Shown piece after piece: positions 17,973-27,020 of a stretch of DNA of 64,000 nucleotides. The position numbers and the translations under genes were made by a program. The number at the start of each line of letters is the position of its first letter. The first letter of the stretch is position 1. Source of the stretch: an uncultured Candidatus Saccharibacteria bacterium (GTDB lineage: Bacteria > Patescibacteriota > Dojkabacteria > J137); the NCBI GenBank assembly GCA_964607415.1, contig CAZSKK010000001.1:405974-469973 (forward strand), in the 5' to 3' direction. Under the pieces are notes generated by a model that was not told the origin of the DNA, ran no database searches, and was given only the letters and a program-made list of their open reading frames with translations.

Positions 17973-18764
17973 TTAGCTTAAACTAGAATTAGCCCAAAGA
18001 GTACTAAACAACTGCTTGAAAGTTTCCGCAATATCCTTACCTTCTAACACAATTGCTGTATAGGGCTCACCCGATGTCATGATAGAAACCTCATCATCAC
18101 AAATGATAAGTGTAGACTTGAAGTTAATGTTATTGGGAAGATACCTAGTTTCTCTTAATAGCTCAGTGTCTTCTTTTTTAAATTTTTCAGTCTCAACACC
18201 TCCCCTTACAGCCAATGCTTTTAGAAACAAGTTCTTTTTTATTCTAGCGGGTATATAATATTCTTTACCATATTGTTCAGTATATACTTTTCTCCATTCA
18301 TCAATATTGGTAATGAAAAGAACCTCATTATCAGAATGCTCTATAGATCTTTGGCAAACTTCTTTGAATCCCTTTTCGCCCTGGTAGTATTTAACCTCAA
18401 CACTAGTACTTTTTTCACTCTCAGGTACACTCTGTTTAATCATCCCTACAATCTCAGTCATATTATCTTCCAATTTTTTCATATCCCATTTTTTCTGTTC
18501 CAAAAGGAATGATAGCTTTCCTGGATCTTCTGCAACAACCATCCTTCTTTCACCATAATTTGTTTGACTAACTAATCCTTTTTTAATCAACTCTTCCACA
18601 TTATTATGTGTAGTTGATCTTTTGATTCCAGTTTCTCGTGCCAAATTCATGATGGTGTTTGGACCGGTTTTTAAAAGTGCCAAATATAATTTAACTTCCT
18701 TTTCTGTTAGGCCAAAATCCATTAAATAGTTCTTGATTGGTTTGTCTATTTTTACTTGTGTCAT
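17973..18764 (-). CDS. TrmB-family transcriptional regulator
   Basis: N-terminal LTEKEVKLYLALLKTGPNTIMNLARETGIKRSTTHNNVEELIKKGLV wHTH; paralog of 15551-16363. Confidence 0.62.
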   Translation of the reverse strand: MTQVKIDKPIKNYLMDFGLTEKEVKLYLALLKTGPNTIMNLARETGIKRSTTHNNVEELIKKGLVSQTNYGERRMVVAEDPGKLSFLLEQKKWDMKKLEDNMTEIVGMIKQSVPESEKSTSVEVKYYQGEKGFKEVCQRSIEHSDNEVLFITNIDEWRKVYTEQYGKEYYIPARIKKNLFLKALAVRGGVETEKFKKEDTELLRETRYLPNNINFKSTLIICDDEVSIMTSGEPYTAIVLEGKDIAETFKQLFSTLWANSSLS

Positions 18765-19025
18765 GAATTAATGATAATTATTAAAAATGTGTTTCTAGAA
18801 AATGTCGAGTTTTTAACCAAATTAATGATAACTAGAATGTGAAAATTTGTCAACGAAAATCGGATTTTTCATTTTATTATTAGTTGAACTTATATAAAAA
18901 CACCAACTGGAGTAGAAATCTTAAAAGGCTAGAATCTGTTAATTGCCGAAATATATTGATTAGTTGCAACAAATTATGCCCACAACGAGAGAGATGTAAT
19001 GAGCTTAAAAATCAACCATTTAAAA

Positions 19026-19511
19026 CTATTCTGCTGTTTTATCGAAGACTCTATTTGAAGCGCATAAAATACCCAGGTTTATATCTTCCGTAATCCTATT
19101 TAAGTTTCCGTCGCTATCTATCACATATCTTAACGGTAGAGGTTTTTCAAGCTGCCCCAAAGATAGCCCCCATAGTTTATAATCCCTTTTAATACAAAAA
19201 GAAATCTCCTTTTTATCAATAATTGCATCATAAATAATTATTGTGGCAAATTTATCCCAAAATGTTTTAGGTTCTTTATACTCGGGGTAATCAGCATCTA
19301 AAGCCAGAGTGAACGAGTCTTTGTATGCTGGAAGTATTATCGGATTAACCTTATATTCGATACTATTTGCTTTAATAATGCCTAAATAAGGCAGCATTAA
19401 ACCACTAAAACATGCAAAAACAAAAAGCAGACCTACAAATAACTGTGAGTAAGCAACTACCTTTACTATCTTCTTCGATTTTGTTAATTCATGTTCCTGG
19501 CTATCCATCAA
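19026..19511 (-). CDS. single-pass membrane protein, unknown function
   Basis: one N-terminal TM helix; start overlaps stop of the cytochrome b5-like gene (operon). Confidence 0.4.
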   Translation of the reverse strand: MMDSQEHELTKSKKIVKVVAYSQLFVGLLFVFACFSGLMLPYLGIIKANSIEYKVNPIILPAYKDSFTLALDADYPEYKEPKTFWDKFATIIIYDAIIDKKEISFCIKRDYKLWGLSLGQLEKPLPLRYVIDSDGNLNRITEDINLGILCASNRVFDKTAE

Positions 19512-19900
19512 TTAGATAATACACCAATTTTATACTGTTTTAGAAGATTTTTTGCTGTATTTGAATGGTCAGTTGTTCTAGCACCATCAGTACTTTCTCC
19601 ATTAAATAAAGCAGTCGCATCTTTTCCACAACCTTCAAGAATAAAATTTCCTCCTGGGTGACTTTTTATATAAGCAGTTACATCATATACGCTATTTTGA
19701 ATTATCATCCAACAAGAATCTTTCGAGTTGTGTGCAGATACTTCTGTAGCTGCAATTTTAGTGCCATTTACGTCATTATCTGTACTATTGATATTGCTTG
19801 AACTGTCGCTTTGAGTAAACAAAACTCCAGCAATAACTCCTAATATTGAAAGAATCAATATTGCGATAAACCCTATAACGTACTTTTTCTTATCATTCAT
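19508..19900 (-). CDS. membrane-anchored cytochrome b5-like heme-binding domain protein
   Basis: N-terminal TM, cyt b5 core SCWMIIQNSVYDVTAYIKSHPGG...GKDATALF...DHS with both axial His positions. Confidence 0.62.
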   Translation of the reverse strand: MNDKKKYVIGFIAILILSILGVIAGVLFTQSDSSSNINSTDNDVNGTKIAATEVSAHNSKDSCWMIIQNSVYDVTAYIKSHPGGNFILEGCGKDATALFNGESTDGARTTDHSNTAKNLLKQYKIGVLSN

Positions 19901-19920
19901 AAATTAATGCTAAAAAGTAA

Positions 19921-20238
19921 TTAGTCTATTGGGAAGATGATTCTGCCAGTTGCCTTTTCAATTATTTTAATTGCAAATACAGGACATGACTGAGCACTTG
20001 CCAGAACAATATCATCATCATCAAAATCATCAACATCTTCTCTGACCCTTGCCTTGTTTTCCTCGTCCATAAAAAAAGTCTCGGCCGCTATTGCCGCACA
20101 AGACGCAGCACCTATACAAATATTCCTATCATATTCTATAACATATTTGCTTTTTTCAGTGGTAGCCCTAAAAATATTATCAGAGATTTCTTCTATAATT
20201 AGGCCGTTAGGTTTCTTAACAATGCGCTTTGGATCCAT
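19921..20238 (-). CDS. ferredoxin-like protein with three Cys (CxxAxxC...CP)
   Basis: NICIGAASCAAIAAETF ... SCPVFAI aligns to mono-cluster ferredoxins (CIGCGVC...CP) with the second Cys replaced by Ala, as in 3Fe-4S or Asp/3-Cys ferredoxins. Confidence 0.5.
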   Translation of the reverse strand: MDPKRIVKKPNGLIIEEISDNIFRATTEKSKYVIEYDRNICIGAASCAAIAAETFFMDEENKARVREDVDDFDDDDIVLASAQSCPVFAIKIIEKATGRIIFPID

Positions 20239-20460
20239 AACTTTTCCGTAAATATTACAACAAGTCTATAATAACAGAAGAATATAGAAAATAGAATATG
20301 GAATATTGTCAGTTAGCAGTTTTCCGTTATCAAACTCGCCATCAATTAGCTTTATAGCGGTTAGTATTTATAACAAGAGCTAACAGCAGTTGATGTCAAA
20401 TGAAAATAGTATGAATTATTGCAGAATCGTTCTGTGAATTTGGTAAAATCAGAGTAGTGT

Positions 20461-20973
20461 TTGCAAGTTAGCGAGTTTCGTGTTTTTGAGTTAATCAAAA
20501 GAGATTATTCTTGCTCTATTATGTTATCAAAAAAAATTATATATATAATCCTATTCTTCTCAATAATTGGCCTTTTTGTGTCTGGGTACCTTTGGTATGA
20601 ATACGCTCAACCTAAGCCCCTTACTTGCATAACAGACTGCCAGATTGTCAGAGAAAGTAAATATTCCAAAATGCTAGGTGTCGACTTGCCAGTTTTTGGC
20701 ACTTTATATTATGTATTTGTAGTTGTGTATACCAGTTCTTTTTTACTAAAAAGAAAAGTATTTAAATTTGAATTTACCCTCTACAGCATACTCTTAACTT
20801 CCGGATTCTTAGTTTCAATGTATCTTACATATCTTGAAGCTTATGTTATAAAAGCATGGTGTCAATGGTGCGTAATTTCAGCGGCTTCAGCTACAACAAT
20901 ATTTCTAATCAATACCTTTGCTTCTTTTAACTCTTTAACTGAAGTACTTCCTTCTGAAACAAAAACTGCGTAA
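20461..20973 (+). CDS. vitamin K epoxide reductase (VKOR) family disulfide oxidoreductase
   Basis: multi-TM protein with loop cysteines (LTCITDCQ) and intramembrane CxxC (AWCQWCV). Confidence 0.6.
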   Translation: MQVSEFRVFELIKRDYSCSIMLSKKIIYIILFFSIIGLFVSGYLWYEYAQPKPLTCITDCQIVRESKYSKMLGVDLPVFGTLYYVFVVVYTSSFLLKRKVFKFEFTLYSILLTSGFLVSMYLTYLEAYVIKAWCQWCVISAASATTIFLINTFASFNSLTEVLPSETKTA

Positions 20974-21003
20974 ATTTCGCAGAAATTTGTCATTTTTTTA
21001 CTT

Positions 21004-21026
21004 GAAATTTGTATTCCAATACAATG
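21004..21026. promoter_or_regulatory. dyad motif copy 3 (reverse orientation): CATTGTAT-tgga-ATACAAATTT
   Basis: about 75 nt upstream of the four-helix-bundle gene; matches the copies at 128-154 and 5677-5702. Confidence 0.5.
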
Positions 21027-21100
21027 TTTTTCCCCAGAGACTGTGATATAACAATATATTATTACAGCATTACGCCATACGAATTAAGCTTTACGCAAAT

Positions 21101-21454
21101 ATGAGAGATTATAAAAAACTGGATATCTACAGCAAGAGCAGAAATTTGGTGGTTGAAATTTATGAGGTAACCAATAGTTTTCCTAAAGAAGAAATATATT
21201 CACTAACTTCGCAAATACGAAGAGCAGCGGTTTCAATTATTGCAAACATAGCAGAGGGCAGCACGAGAGACACAGAAAAAGAATTTGCCAGATTCTTGAA
21301 TATTTCCCTTGCTTCACTTTGTGAAACAGAAAGCTTAATAGTCCTCGCTACTGATTTAGAGTATCTCGAAGTTCAAGAACTTTTACTAGATGAAATTGAC
21401 CACTTAAGACGAATGATATTTGCAGAAAAGCTTAGTTACAAGCGTAATGCGTAA
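21101..21454 (+). CDS. four-helix-bundle protein (23S rRNA intervening-sequence protein / Avd-like family)
   Basis: characteristic IYEVTNSFPKEEIYSLTSQIRRAAVSIIANIAEGSTR region. Confidence 0.75.
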   Translation: MRDYKKLDIYSKSRNLVVEIYEVTNSFPKEEIYSLTSQIRRAAVSIIANIAEGSTRDTEKEFARFLNISLASLCETESLIVLATDLEYLEVQELLLDEIDHLRRMIFAEKLSYKRNA

Positions 21455-21496
21455 ATCGTAAAGCGTTCTTTATTTTATTTTTTATACATTTTATTT

Positions 21497-21814
21497 ATGA
21501 CATCACATCAAATTTTTGTTGTAGGAAGGGCAACAAAAGACGCCGAGGAATTAAGCTCCAAAGCAAAAAAGAAATACGCAAAGTTTAGTGTCGCAGTTAA
21601 TGAATATTTAGGTAAAGATAAAGAAGAAAAATCGTACTTTTACGACGTACTTGTATTTGGTAAAACTAGCAAAAATGTTGCCGAAAAAATTAAAAAGGGA
21701 GACTTGGTTGTAATTTCTGGTAAACCAGAAGCGGAAGCTTATATTTCTAAAAAAGATAATGAGCCTAAAAGTGTTATCACTATAATGGCCGACTCTTGGA
21801 AAGTTCTAAAGTAA
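21497..21814 (+). CDS. short SSB-like OB-fold protein lacking acidic C-terminal tail
   Basis: resembles the SSB N-terminal OB fold (VVGRATKDAEEL...FSVAVNE...YDVLVFGKTSKNVAEKIKKGDLVVISGK...ITIMADSWKVL); only 105 aa. Confidence 0.45.
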   Translation: MTSHQIFVVGRATKDAEELSSKAKKKYAKFSVAVNEYLGKDKEEKSYFYDVLVFGKTSKNVAEKIKKGDLVVISGKPEAEAYISKKDNEPKSVITIMADSWKVLK

Positions 21815-21839
21815 AAACCTCCTACCCCAACTTCAAATG

Positions 21840-22253
21840 TTACTTGACACCCAAATATTTCAATAAAGCTGGATATACATTAGGAATATATTTCAAAATA
21901 TCTGTTTTTTTTATAAGAACGTTTTCTGAAACATCAGCATTTTGTGTATTAGGAATTTTTGGTACATTTTCCTTTGTTACACAAATAACATATGTTATTT
22001 TCTTTTGAGTTAATGGATGAATACGTTCGATAGCCTTTTCTAATACTTCAACACTAACACCCAATGCCTCTTTTACAATTCTAACTGCTGCTTCTTTTAC
22101 TGTTTCACCTGAAGTCACTTTATCTGCAGGGAAAATATAAGGCATATTATTATAATTAACACGGTAAGCTTCTACAACTTTGCCTACAACTATCTTGTCT
22201 TTATATTGAACAATGCAAATAATTGTTTGGCCGTCATTAGTTTCGCTATGCAT
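21840..22253 (-). CDS. NUDIX-fold protein with degenerate Nudix box
   Basis: Nudix-box position reads ADKVTSGETVKEAAVRIVKEALGV (REUxEExGU degraded to RIVKEALGV); paralog of neighbour. Confidence 0.55.
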   Translation of the reverse strand: MHSETNDGQTIICIVQYKDKIVVGKVVEAYRVNYNNMPYIFPADKVTSGETVKEAAVRIVKEALGVSVEVLEKAIERIHPLTQKKITYVICVTKENVPKIPNTQNADVSENVLIKKTDILKYIPNVYPALLKYLGVK

Positions 22254-22270
22254 TAGAGTAATAAAAAAAT

Positions 22271-22711
22271 CTATCTTAAGCTTATTTTTTCTGAATCAAC
22301 TTCAATACCAAAATAGTCCAAAACTTTACCAAATATTGTAGGCATGTATTTAGGCAAATCCTCTTTTTTTATTAAAATAATTTTTGATATATCTGCGTTT
22401 TCAGGGGTTGGTTCTTTTGGAACTTCACCTTCGTACCTGCAAATGAAGTAGTCTATTTGTTTTTGAGTAAGTGGGTGTTTTCTTTGCGCAATCATTTCTG
22501 CTCCATCAATTTCAATGCCTATCTCTTCTTTAATTTCTCTTGTAACAGCTTCTTTTGAAGTTTCTCCAAGTTCAACTTTTCCACCCGGGAAAATGTAATC
22601 AAGATTAGCGAAGTTTACCTTGTTTTCTTCACGGACTTGACCAACTAATATTCTTTCACCGACCAAGATTATGCCAACTACTACTTGGCCTTCATTAGGG
22701 TTAGGATTCAT
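22271..22711 (-). CDS. NUDIX hydrolase
   Basis: canonical GGKVELGETSKEAVTREIKEEIGI. Confidence 0.72.
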   Translation of the reverse strand: MNPNPNEGQVVVGIILVGERILVGQVREENKVNFANLDYIFPGGKVELGETSKEAVTREIKEEIGIEIDGAEMIAQRKHPLTQKQIDYFICRYEGEVPKEPTPENADISKIILIKKEDLPKYMPTIFGKVLDYFGIEVDSEKISLR

Positions 22712-23147
22712 TGTTATAGTTTTAATATTTAGCCTTCTAATTGTATCATAAGTTAATAAAATTTCAATAAAATTGTCAGTATATTCCGGATTCGACCGGA
22801 AGCAACAAAAATTAACCCAAAAGAGTGAGTTTGAATATCTTTATATATAAGGTTTTTCCGCTTGCTATTCATTCTCAAAACAAAATGACAACCGTTATTG
22901 GGAATAGGAAATTATTTGAATGAATTTAGCAGAAGAAAAGCTAGTCTGCTAATAAATAGCTTTGGCCCTTATTAGTTATGTTCAACAATTATTTGCATAT
23001 AGAGGTTTATTCGAAACAAAGTTTACATTCTGAATATATATATTAATATAGATTTAAACATTAATATAATATAAAATAGATTAATAGTATGTAATATACT
23101 ACGGATCTTTTAGATCATTAACTTATTTAATTTTTTATTTTTATCTT

Positions 23148-23831
23148 ATGGCTAAAAGCAAAAAGAAAAAAGCTAAGCAGAAAGTGCTAAGCTCAAATAC
23201 AGAAACCAAGCCAAAAGATATAAAAGAAGAAAACACACCAGAAAAGGAGTTCACAGGCAAAAAGCCATCACGCACACCTTTGATTCTTGGTATAGTTTTC
23301 TTAATATTACTTTTACTTTTGGCTGGGACTGGAATTTTTTTAGGAATAAAAAGCATTTCGGATGGTGATAATGACAATGAAAATGCAGCTTCAGAAGAAT
23401 CTACAGATGAAACTAATGATGAGGTAAATGAAGAATCAGTACCAAATAATTCAGATGTAAGTTCCGAAGAAAATAGCAGTGAAAGTGAAAATCTTGATGG
23501 AAATGTCAGTAGCGACAACACAGACGAAACCACAGTATTCGATGATTCAACAGTTGACAATACCAACACAGATACGAATTCTGAAGAGCCAGACTCATCT
23601 GAAAATGCAAATACTGTATCACCTGCAGAAGTTCCAAACAACACTCTAGTAGATACAACACCAGATCATACTGTAATAGCTGGAGATACTCTATGGCAAA
23701 TTGCAGAAAGAACATATGGAAGCGGATTTGAATGGGTTAGGATCTTGAATGCCAATAACAGCTATATTGGCTTTTTGCCTAACGGAGAGCAAGCATTGAT
23801 AGTACCTGGACAAGTTTTAATAATTCCGTAA
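23148..23831 (+). CDS. LysM-domain membrane protein with acidic Ser/Asn/Asp/Glu-rich linker
   Basis: N-terminal Lys-rich segment plus TM, low-complexity acidic region, C-terminal LysM (HTVIAGDTLWQIAERTYGSGFEWVRILNANN...PGQVLIIP). Confidence 0.7.
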   Translation: MAKSKKKKAKQKVLSSNTETKPKDIKEENTPEKEFTGKKPSRTPLILGIVFLILLLLLAGTGIFLGIKSISDGDNDNENAASEESTDETNDEVNEESVPNNSDVSSEENSSESENLDGNVSSDNTDETTVFDDSTVDNTNTDTNSEEPDSSENANTVSPAEVPNNTLVDTTPDHTVIAGDTLWQIAERTYGSGFEWVRILNANNSYIGFLPNGEQALIVPGQVLIIP

Positions 23832-23953
23832 TATCTTGAAAATATATTAATTTAATATTATACTGAAATTTAGGTAAGGTTGGCACAAAGCCGGAATCGA
23901 AACCTAACCTGTAATGAAGTACAGGACAAAAAGGAAATATATATCTTTTAGCA

Positions 23954-23988
23954 AAGGGACCCCATGTATGTAGGGTCCTTTTGTTTTA
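23954..23988 (+). terminator. rho-independent terminator after LysM gene
   Basis: aaagggaccc-catgtatgta-gggtccttt followed by tgtttta. Confidence 0.6.
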
Positions 23989-24093
23989 TATTGGTAGAAG
24001 AATTTTGCGTAATAATAGAACAGCTATAGTTCAAGCTTAAGCATTAGCAATAAACTAGCTACTTGAACTTGCACTTGGGCTAATGTATACTTT

Positions 24094-24150
24094 CCTCTCC
24101 CCTTGGGAGAGGATTAAGGTAGGGGGCTCGTCTGCCCGCCGTCAGGCAGG
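24094..24150. repeat. GC-rich hairpin pair (CCTCTCCCCTTGGGAGAGG and CTGCCCGCCGTCAGGCAGG)
   Basis: strongly GC-rich palindromes in an AT-rich genome; resembles cores of 6062-6143 and 12945-13013. Confidence 0.4.
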
Positions 24151-24207
24151 AATCATATATCTGATAATTATTTTGATTACTGATAACCGGCTACTGAAAA
24201 CTATTGT

Positions 24208-25797
24208 CTACTTACTAATCAAAAAGTCCCTTTCGTCACCTTCTACCCTTCTATCTATGACCTTTTCAATGCTTGTAGGGTTCTTAGAATACTCCTGTTC
24301 TAGTTCCTTTATATAGCTAATTAACTGGTCAGGAGTCTCAACTACTTTTATTGATTCCATTTCTTCTTGAGTTAAGCCCATATCAGTTTTAAGCTTTTCC
24401 AAAGTATCTTTCCAGTCAGCACCATATAAAACTACAGGTTTATGATTGCCATAATATATATATGACATTCCCCACAAAATCATAAATTGAGAGTAGTTAT
24501 GAATCCCGCCAGAATCAACAATTACAAATAATCTTGACTCTTTCATCAAAAATTGAAGTCTTTCAACAAAATTTGAATATATGAAAGAAACAATATTCGA
24601 AGGCTCTATATCCTTATCTACTTTGGAGAATAAGTTAGACATAAATGGTCTAAAATATACTCCCATCCCACTACCATCAGACTCTTTCAGACCGTCAAGA
24701 ACCGAAGCACCTAGACCGTTTTTAGAGTCAAACAACAATTTGGCCCCCATAGACGATAGTTTTTTGCTTGCCTCTTTTAATTCTAAAGCCTTATTCATAT
24801 CGACCTTAGGTCCATTCAGTCCAATGATTGCAATTTTTTGAAATATGCTTAAAGCCAATTTATCACTTGGTGTTTTTTTAGCTTCAATAGCTTTAACCAC
24901 ATCGGCTTCTTTTTGTGCTAAATCACTTGTTAATATTGCCTCTGGTGGAAGTTTAGTTTCTTGTATTTTAGTCTCCTTAACACCTAAGTCTAGTTCTGTA
25001 GTTGCAGGCTGCACAGGTACATTCACAGCTTCTAGTGAAGCCGGTGACTCAGACGCTTGCGGCTCAGTGAAACTAGTTTCTGAAATTCCTGTTTGCAGAA
25101 TATCTCCAGCTCCTGTATCTATCGATTGTTGAGCCTCAGCAGTTGCTTCAGGAATTATTGCAGGCTGATTAACTGGCAAATTTAAGTTAGGAATATTTAT
25201 ATTCTGTAAATCAAATGTAGGGGTCGGTTCTGTAGCTTGAGTTTGCTCAACAGGTTGAGTTGGAGTATTTACCGTTTCAGAACTTGTATACCAATCTTTG
25301 TTAAAGCTTGCATCAGCTGGCGCTTGCGGCATCTGTGGTTGCGAGTTATCAACCATAGTAACATCTATCGCATTTGCAGGTAGAGGCATACTGACGTCAG
25401 GACTTGCAACAGCTTCTTGTGGTTGCATTATTGGTGGCTGAGGTGGCATTACTGGCATACTACCCATCACTGGCATTTGAGCCATATCAACCGGTTGTGG
25501 TTGAACTTGATTTTGTTGTACAACGTTAGGATCCAGAGGAAGTAAGTTGGAATCAAAATTTTGAGCAGCGTTACTAAATTGGTTAGGATCTACCCCAAAA
25601 TTGCTATCTGTTGCACCAGCCTGCACCTGTGGTTGTCCCGCAGGATAATTTAAGTTTTGCATTTGCTGATCATTTCCAAAAGGAGCTGCTGGTTGAGCAG
25701 GGTTAGTTTGTTGGCTTGTAGGCGCAGGTTTTTTACTTCCACCAAATATATTGTCAAATAAACCCATCTTAATATCATTAAAAAGTAGATACTTCAA
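24208..25797 (-). CDS. Pro/Gln-rich low-complexity protein with C-terminal LOG/SLOG-like Rossmann domain (tentative)
   Basis: N-terminal 300 aa P/Q/N-rich; C-terminal IAIIGLNGPK...VDSGGIHNYSQF...GNHKPVVLYGADWKD resembles the degenerate PGGxGTxxE and KP..L.N motifs of LOG-family proteins. Confidence 0.35.
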   Translation of the reverse strand: MKYLLFNDIKMGLFDNIFGGSKKPAPTSQQTNPAQPAAPFGNDQQMQNLNYPAGQPQVQAGATDSNFGVDPNQFSNAAQNFDSNLLPLDPNVVQQNQVQPQPVDMAQMPVMGSMPVMPPQPPIMQPQEAVASPDVSMPLPANAIDVTMVDNSQPQMPQAPADASFNKDWYTSSETVNTPTQPVEQTQATEPTPTFDLQNINIPNLNLPVNQPAIIPEATAEAQQSIDTGAGDILQTGISETSFTEPQASESPASLEAVNVPVQPATTELDLGVKETKIQETKLPPEAILTSDLAQKEADVVKAIEAKKTPSDKLALSIFQKIAIIGLNGPKVDMNKALELKEASKKLSSMGAKLLFDSKNGLGASVLDGLKESDGSGMGVYFRPFMSNLFSKVDKDIEPSNIVSFIYSNFVERLQFLMKESRLFVIVDSGGIHNYSQFMILWGMSYIYYGNHKPVVLYGADWKDTLEKLKTDMGLTQEEMESIKVVETPDQLISYIKELEQEYSKNPTSIEKVIDRRVEGDERDFLISK

Positions 25798-25922
25798 GAT
25801 ACATTATTATGAATTTTACGACAAGAGGTAAAAAGCGTTTGATGTTTAACGTAAGACGTTTGACGTAGGAAAAATTCATCCGGCCTCTGCCTTCTGGTTT
25901 CTGATCTTTAAATCGTTATTCT

Positions 25923-27008
25923 TCAATCAGCAATCTTTATTATAAACTCCGCCCCTTTTCCTAATTTACTCTTTACATTAATTTTCCACCCATGTACCTC
26001 TATCATCTCTTTAACAATTGCAAGACCTAAGCCAAGCCCGCCAGTATCTCTACTCCGAGATTTATCAACCCTATAAAATCTTTCAAAAATATATTTTTGA
26101 TCTTCTTTAGAGATTCCAATGCCATCATCTTTTATAGAAATATAGTTTTTATTTGCTTTAAGTACAATATTTTTTCCTTTTGAATGGTTTATTGCATTTG
26201 ATATAAGATTTTCCAAAATCCTCTCTAGCATATTTCTATCAGCTTTTAAGTTTAAGTTTTCTTCAATATCGATTGCTATCTTCATCTTTTTCTTCTTTAG
26301 TTTTTCATTTGAAGCGTCTCTGATTTGATTCGCAATTTTACTCAAACTTACCTTTTCTAACTTTATATTATTTATTTTAGATCTAATTCGAGTATATTCT
26401 TGAAGGCTTTCAACTAAATGTGTTAGTCTTTTAATTTCAGCTTCTAGTATTTCAAATCTTTTTTTATCTAGCTCCAAAACACCATCACGCACACCTTCTA
26501 TTTGAAACGTAAGCCCTGTAAGTGGAGTTTTGAATTCATGAGAAATGTCAGAAATTAGTTCTCTACGAAGTACTTCCTGATGTTCAAGTTCATTAGAAAG
26601 TTTATTAAATTCTGCAATAACTAGGTCAACTTCGTCATCTCCAGTAAGTTGCATTTTATATTTATATTCACTTGCTCTAAGTTTTTGAATTGCACTTTTA
26701 AGTTCTCTTAAAGGCCTGGTTATAAAGCTTGCGATCAAAACCCCAAGAATAATCGAAAAAACGATTCCTAAAATGGAAACTAGAATAATGGCATTATACA
26801 AACTATCTTTAAATTTTTGCTCTAAAACTAATTGCCTCTGAATTTCTGAAAGACTTAAAACTCGAGTGAAGCCCGAACTTTCTTGATCCAATAAAAATTC
26901 AGTAAAGGCTTTTTGGGTTTGCTGTATTGTTATAAAGTCTACAAAAACAAGTAACGCAATTGTTACTATCAGTATGGAGATTGTTATACGAAAAGCGGTT
27001 CTATTCAT
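25923..27008 (-). CDS. sensor histidine kinase
   Basis: two N-terminal TM helices, H-box SHEFKTPLT, N box NLISNAINHS, G boxes DDGIGI and GGLGLGLAIV. Confidence 0.82.
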   Translation of the reverse strand: MNRTAFRITISILIVTIALLVFVDFITIQQTQKAFTEFLLDQESSGFTRVLSLSEIQRQLVLEQKFKDSLYNAIILVSILGIVFSIILGVLIASFITRPLRELKSAIQKLRASEYKYKMQLTGDDEVDLVIAEFNKLSNELEHQEVLRRELISDISHEFKTPLTGLTFQIEGVRDGVLELDKKRFEILEAEIKRLTHLVESLQEYTRIRSKINNIKLEKVSLSKIANQIRDASNEKLKKKKMKIAIDIEENLNLKADRNMLERILENLISNAINHSKGKNIVLKANKNYISIKDDGIGISKEDQKYIFERFYRVDKSRSRDTGGLGLGLAIVKEMIEVHGWKINVKSKLGKGAEFIIKIAD

Positions 27009-27020
27009 TTCAAATCAAGT

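Noticed and set aside
21101-21454. Diversity-generating retroelement around the Avd-like gene
   Set aside because: No reverse transcriptase ORF and no TR/VR near-repeat pair within the window
22781-22800. tmRNA-like GGATTCGAC motif (tccggattcgaccgga) and a nearby short reading frame ending in TAATAA
   Set aside because: No GC-rich acceptor stem, no matching 3-prime T-arm/CCA partner within about 400 nt, and the putative tag does not end in the usual ALAA-like residues; more likely a simple palindrome
23141-23644. 167-aa minus-strand ORF antisense to the LysM gene
   Set aside because: Antisense to the Ser/Asp/Asn-rich repeat region; low-complexity artefact
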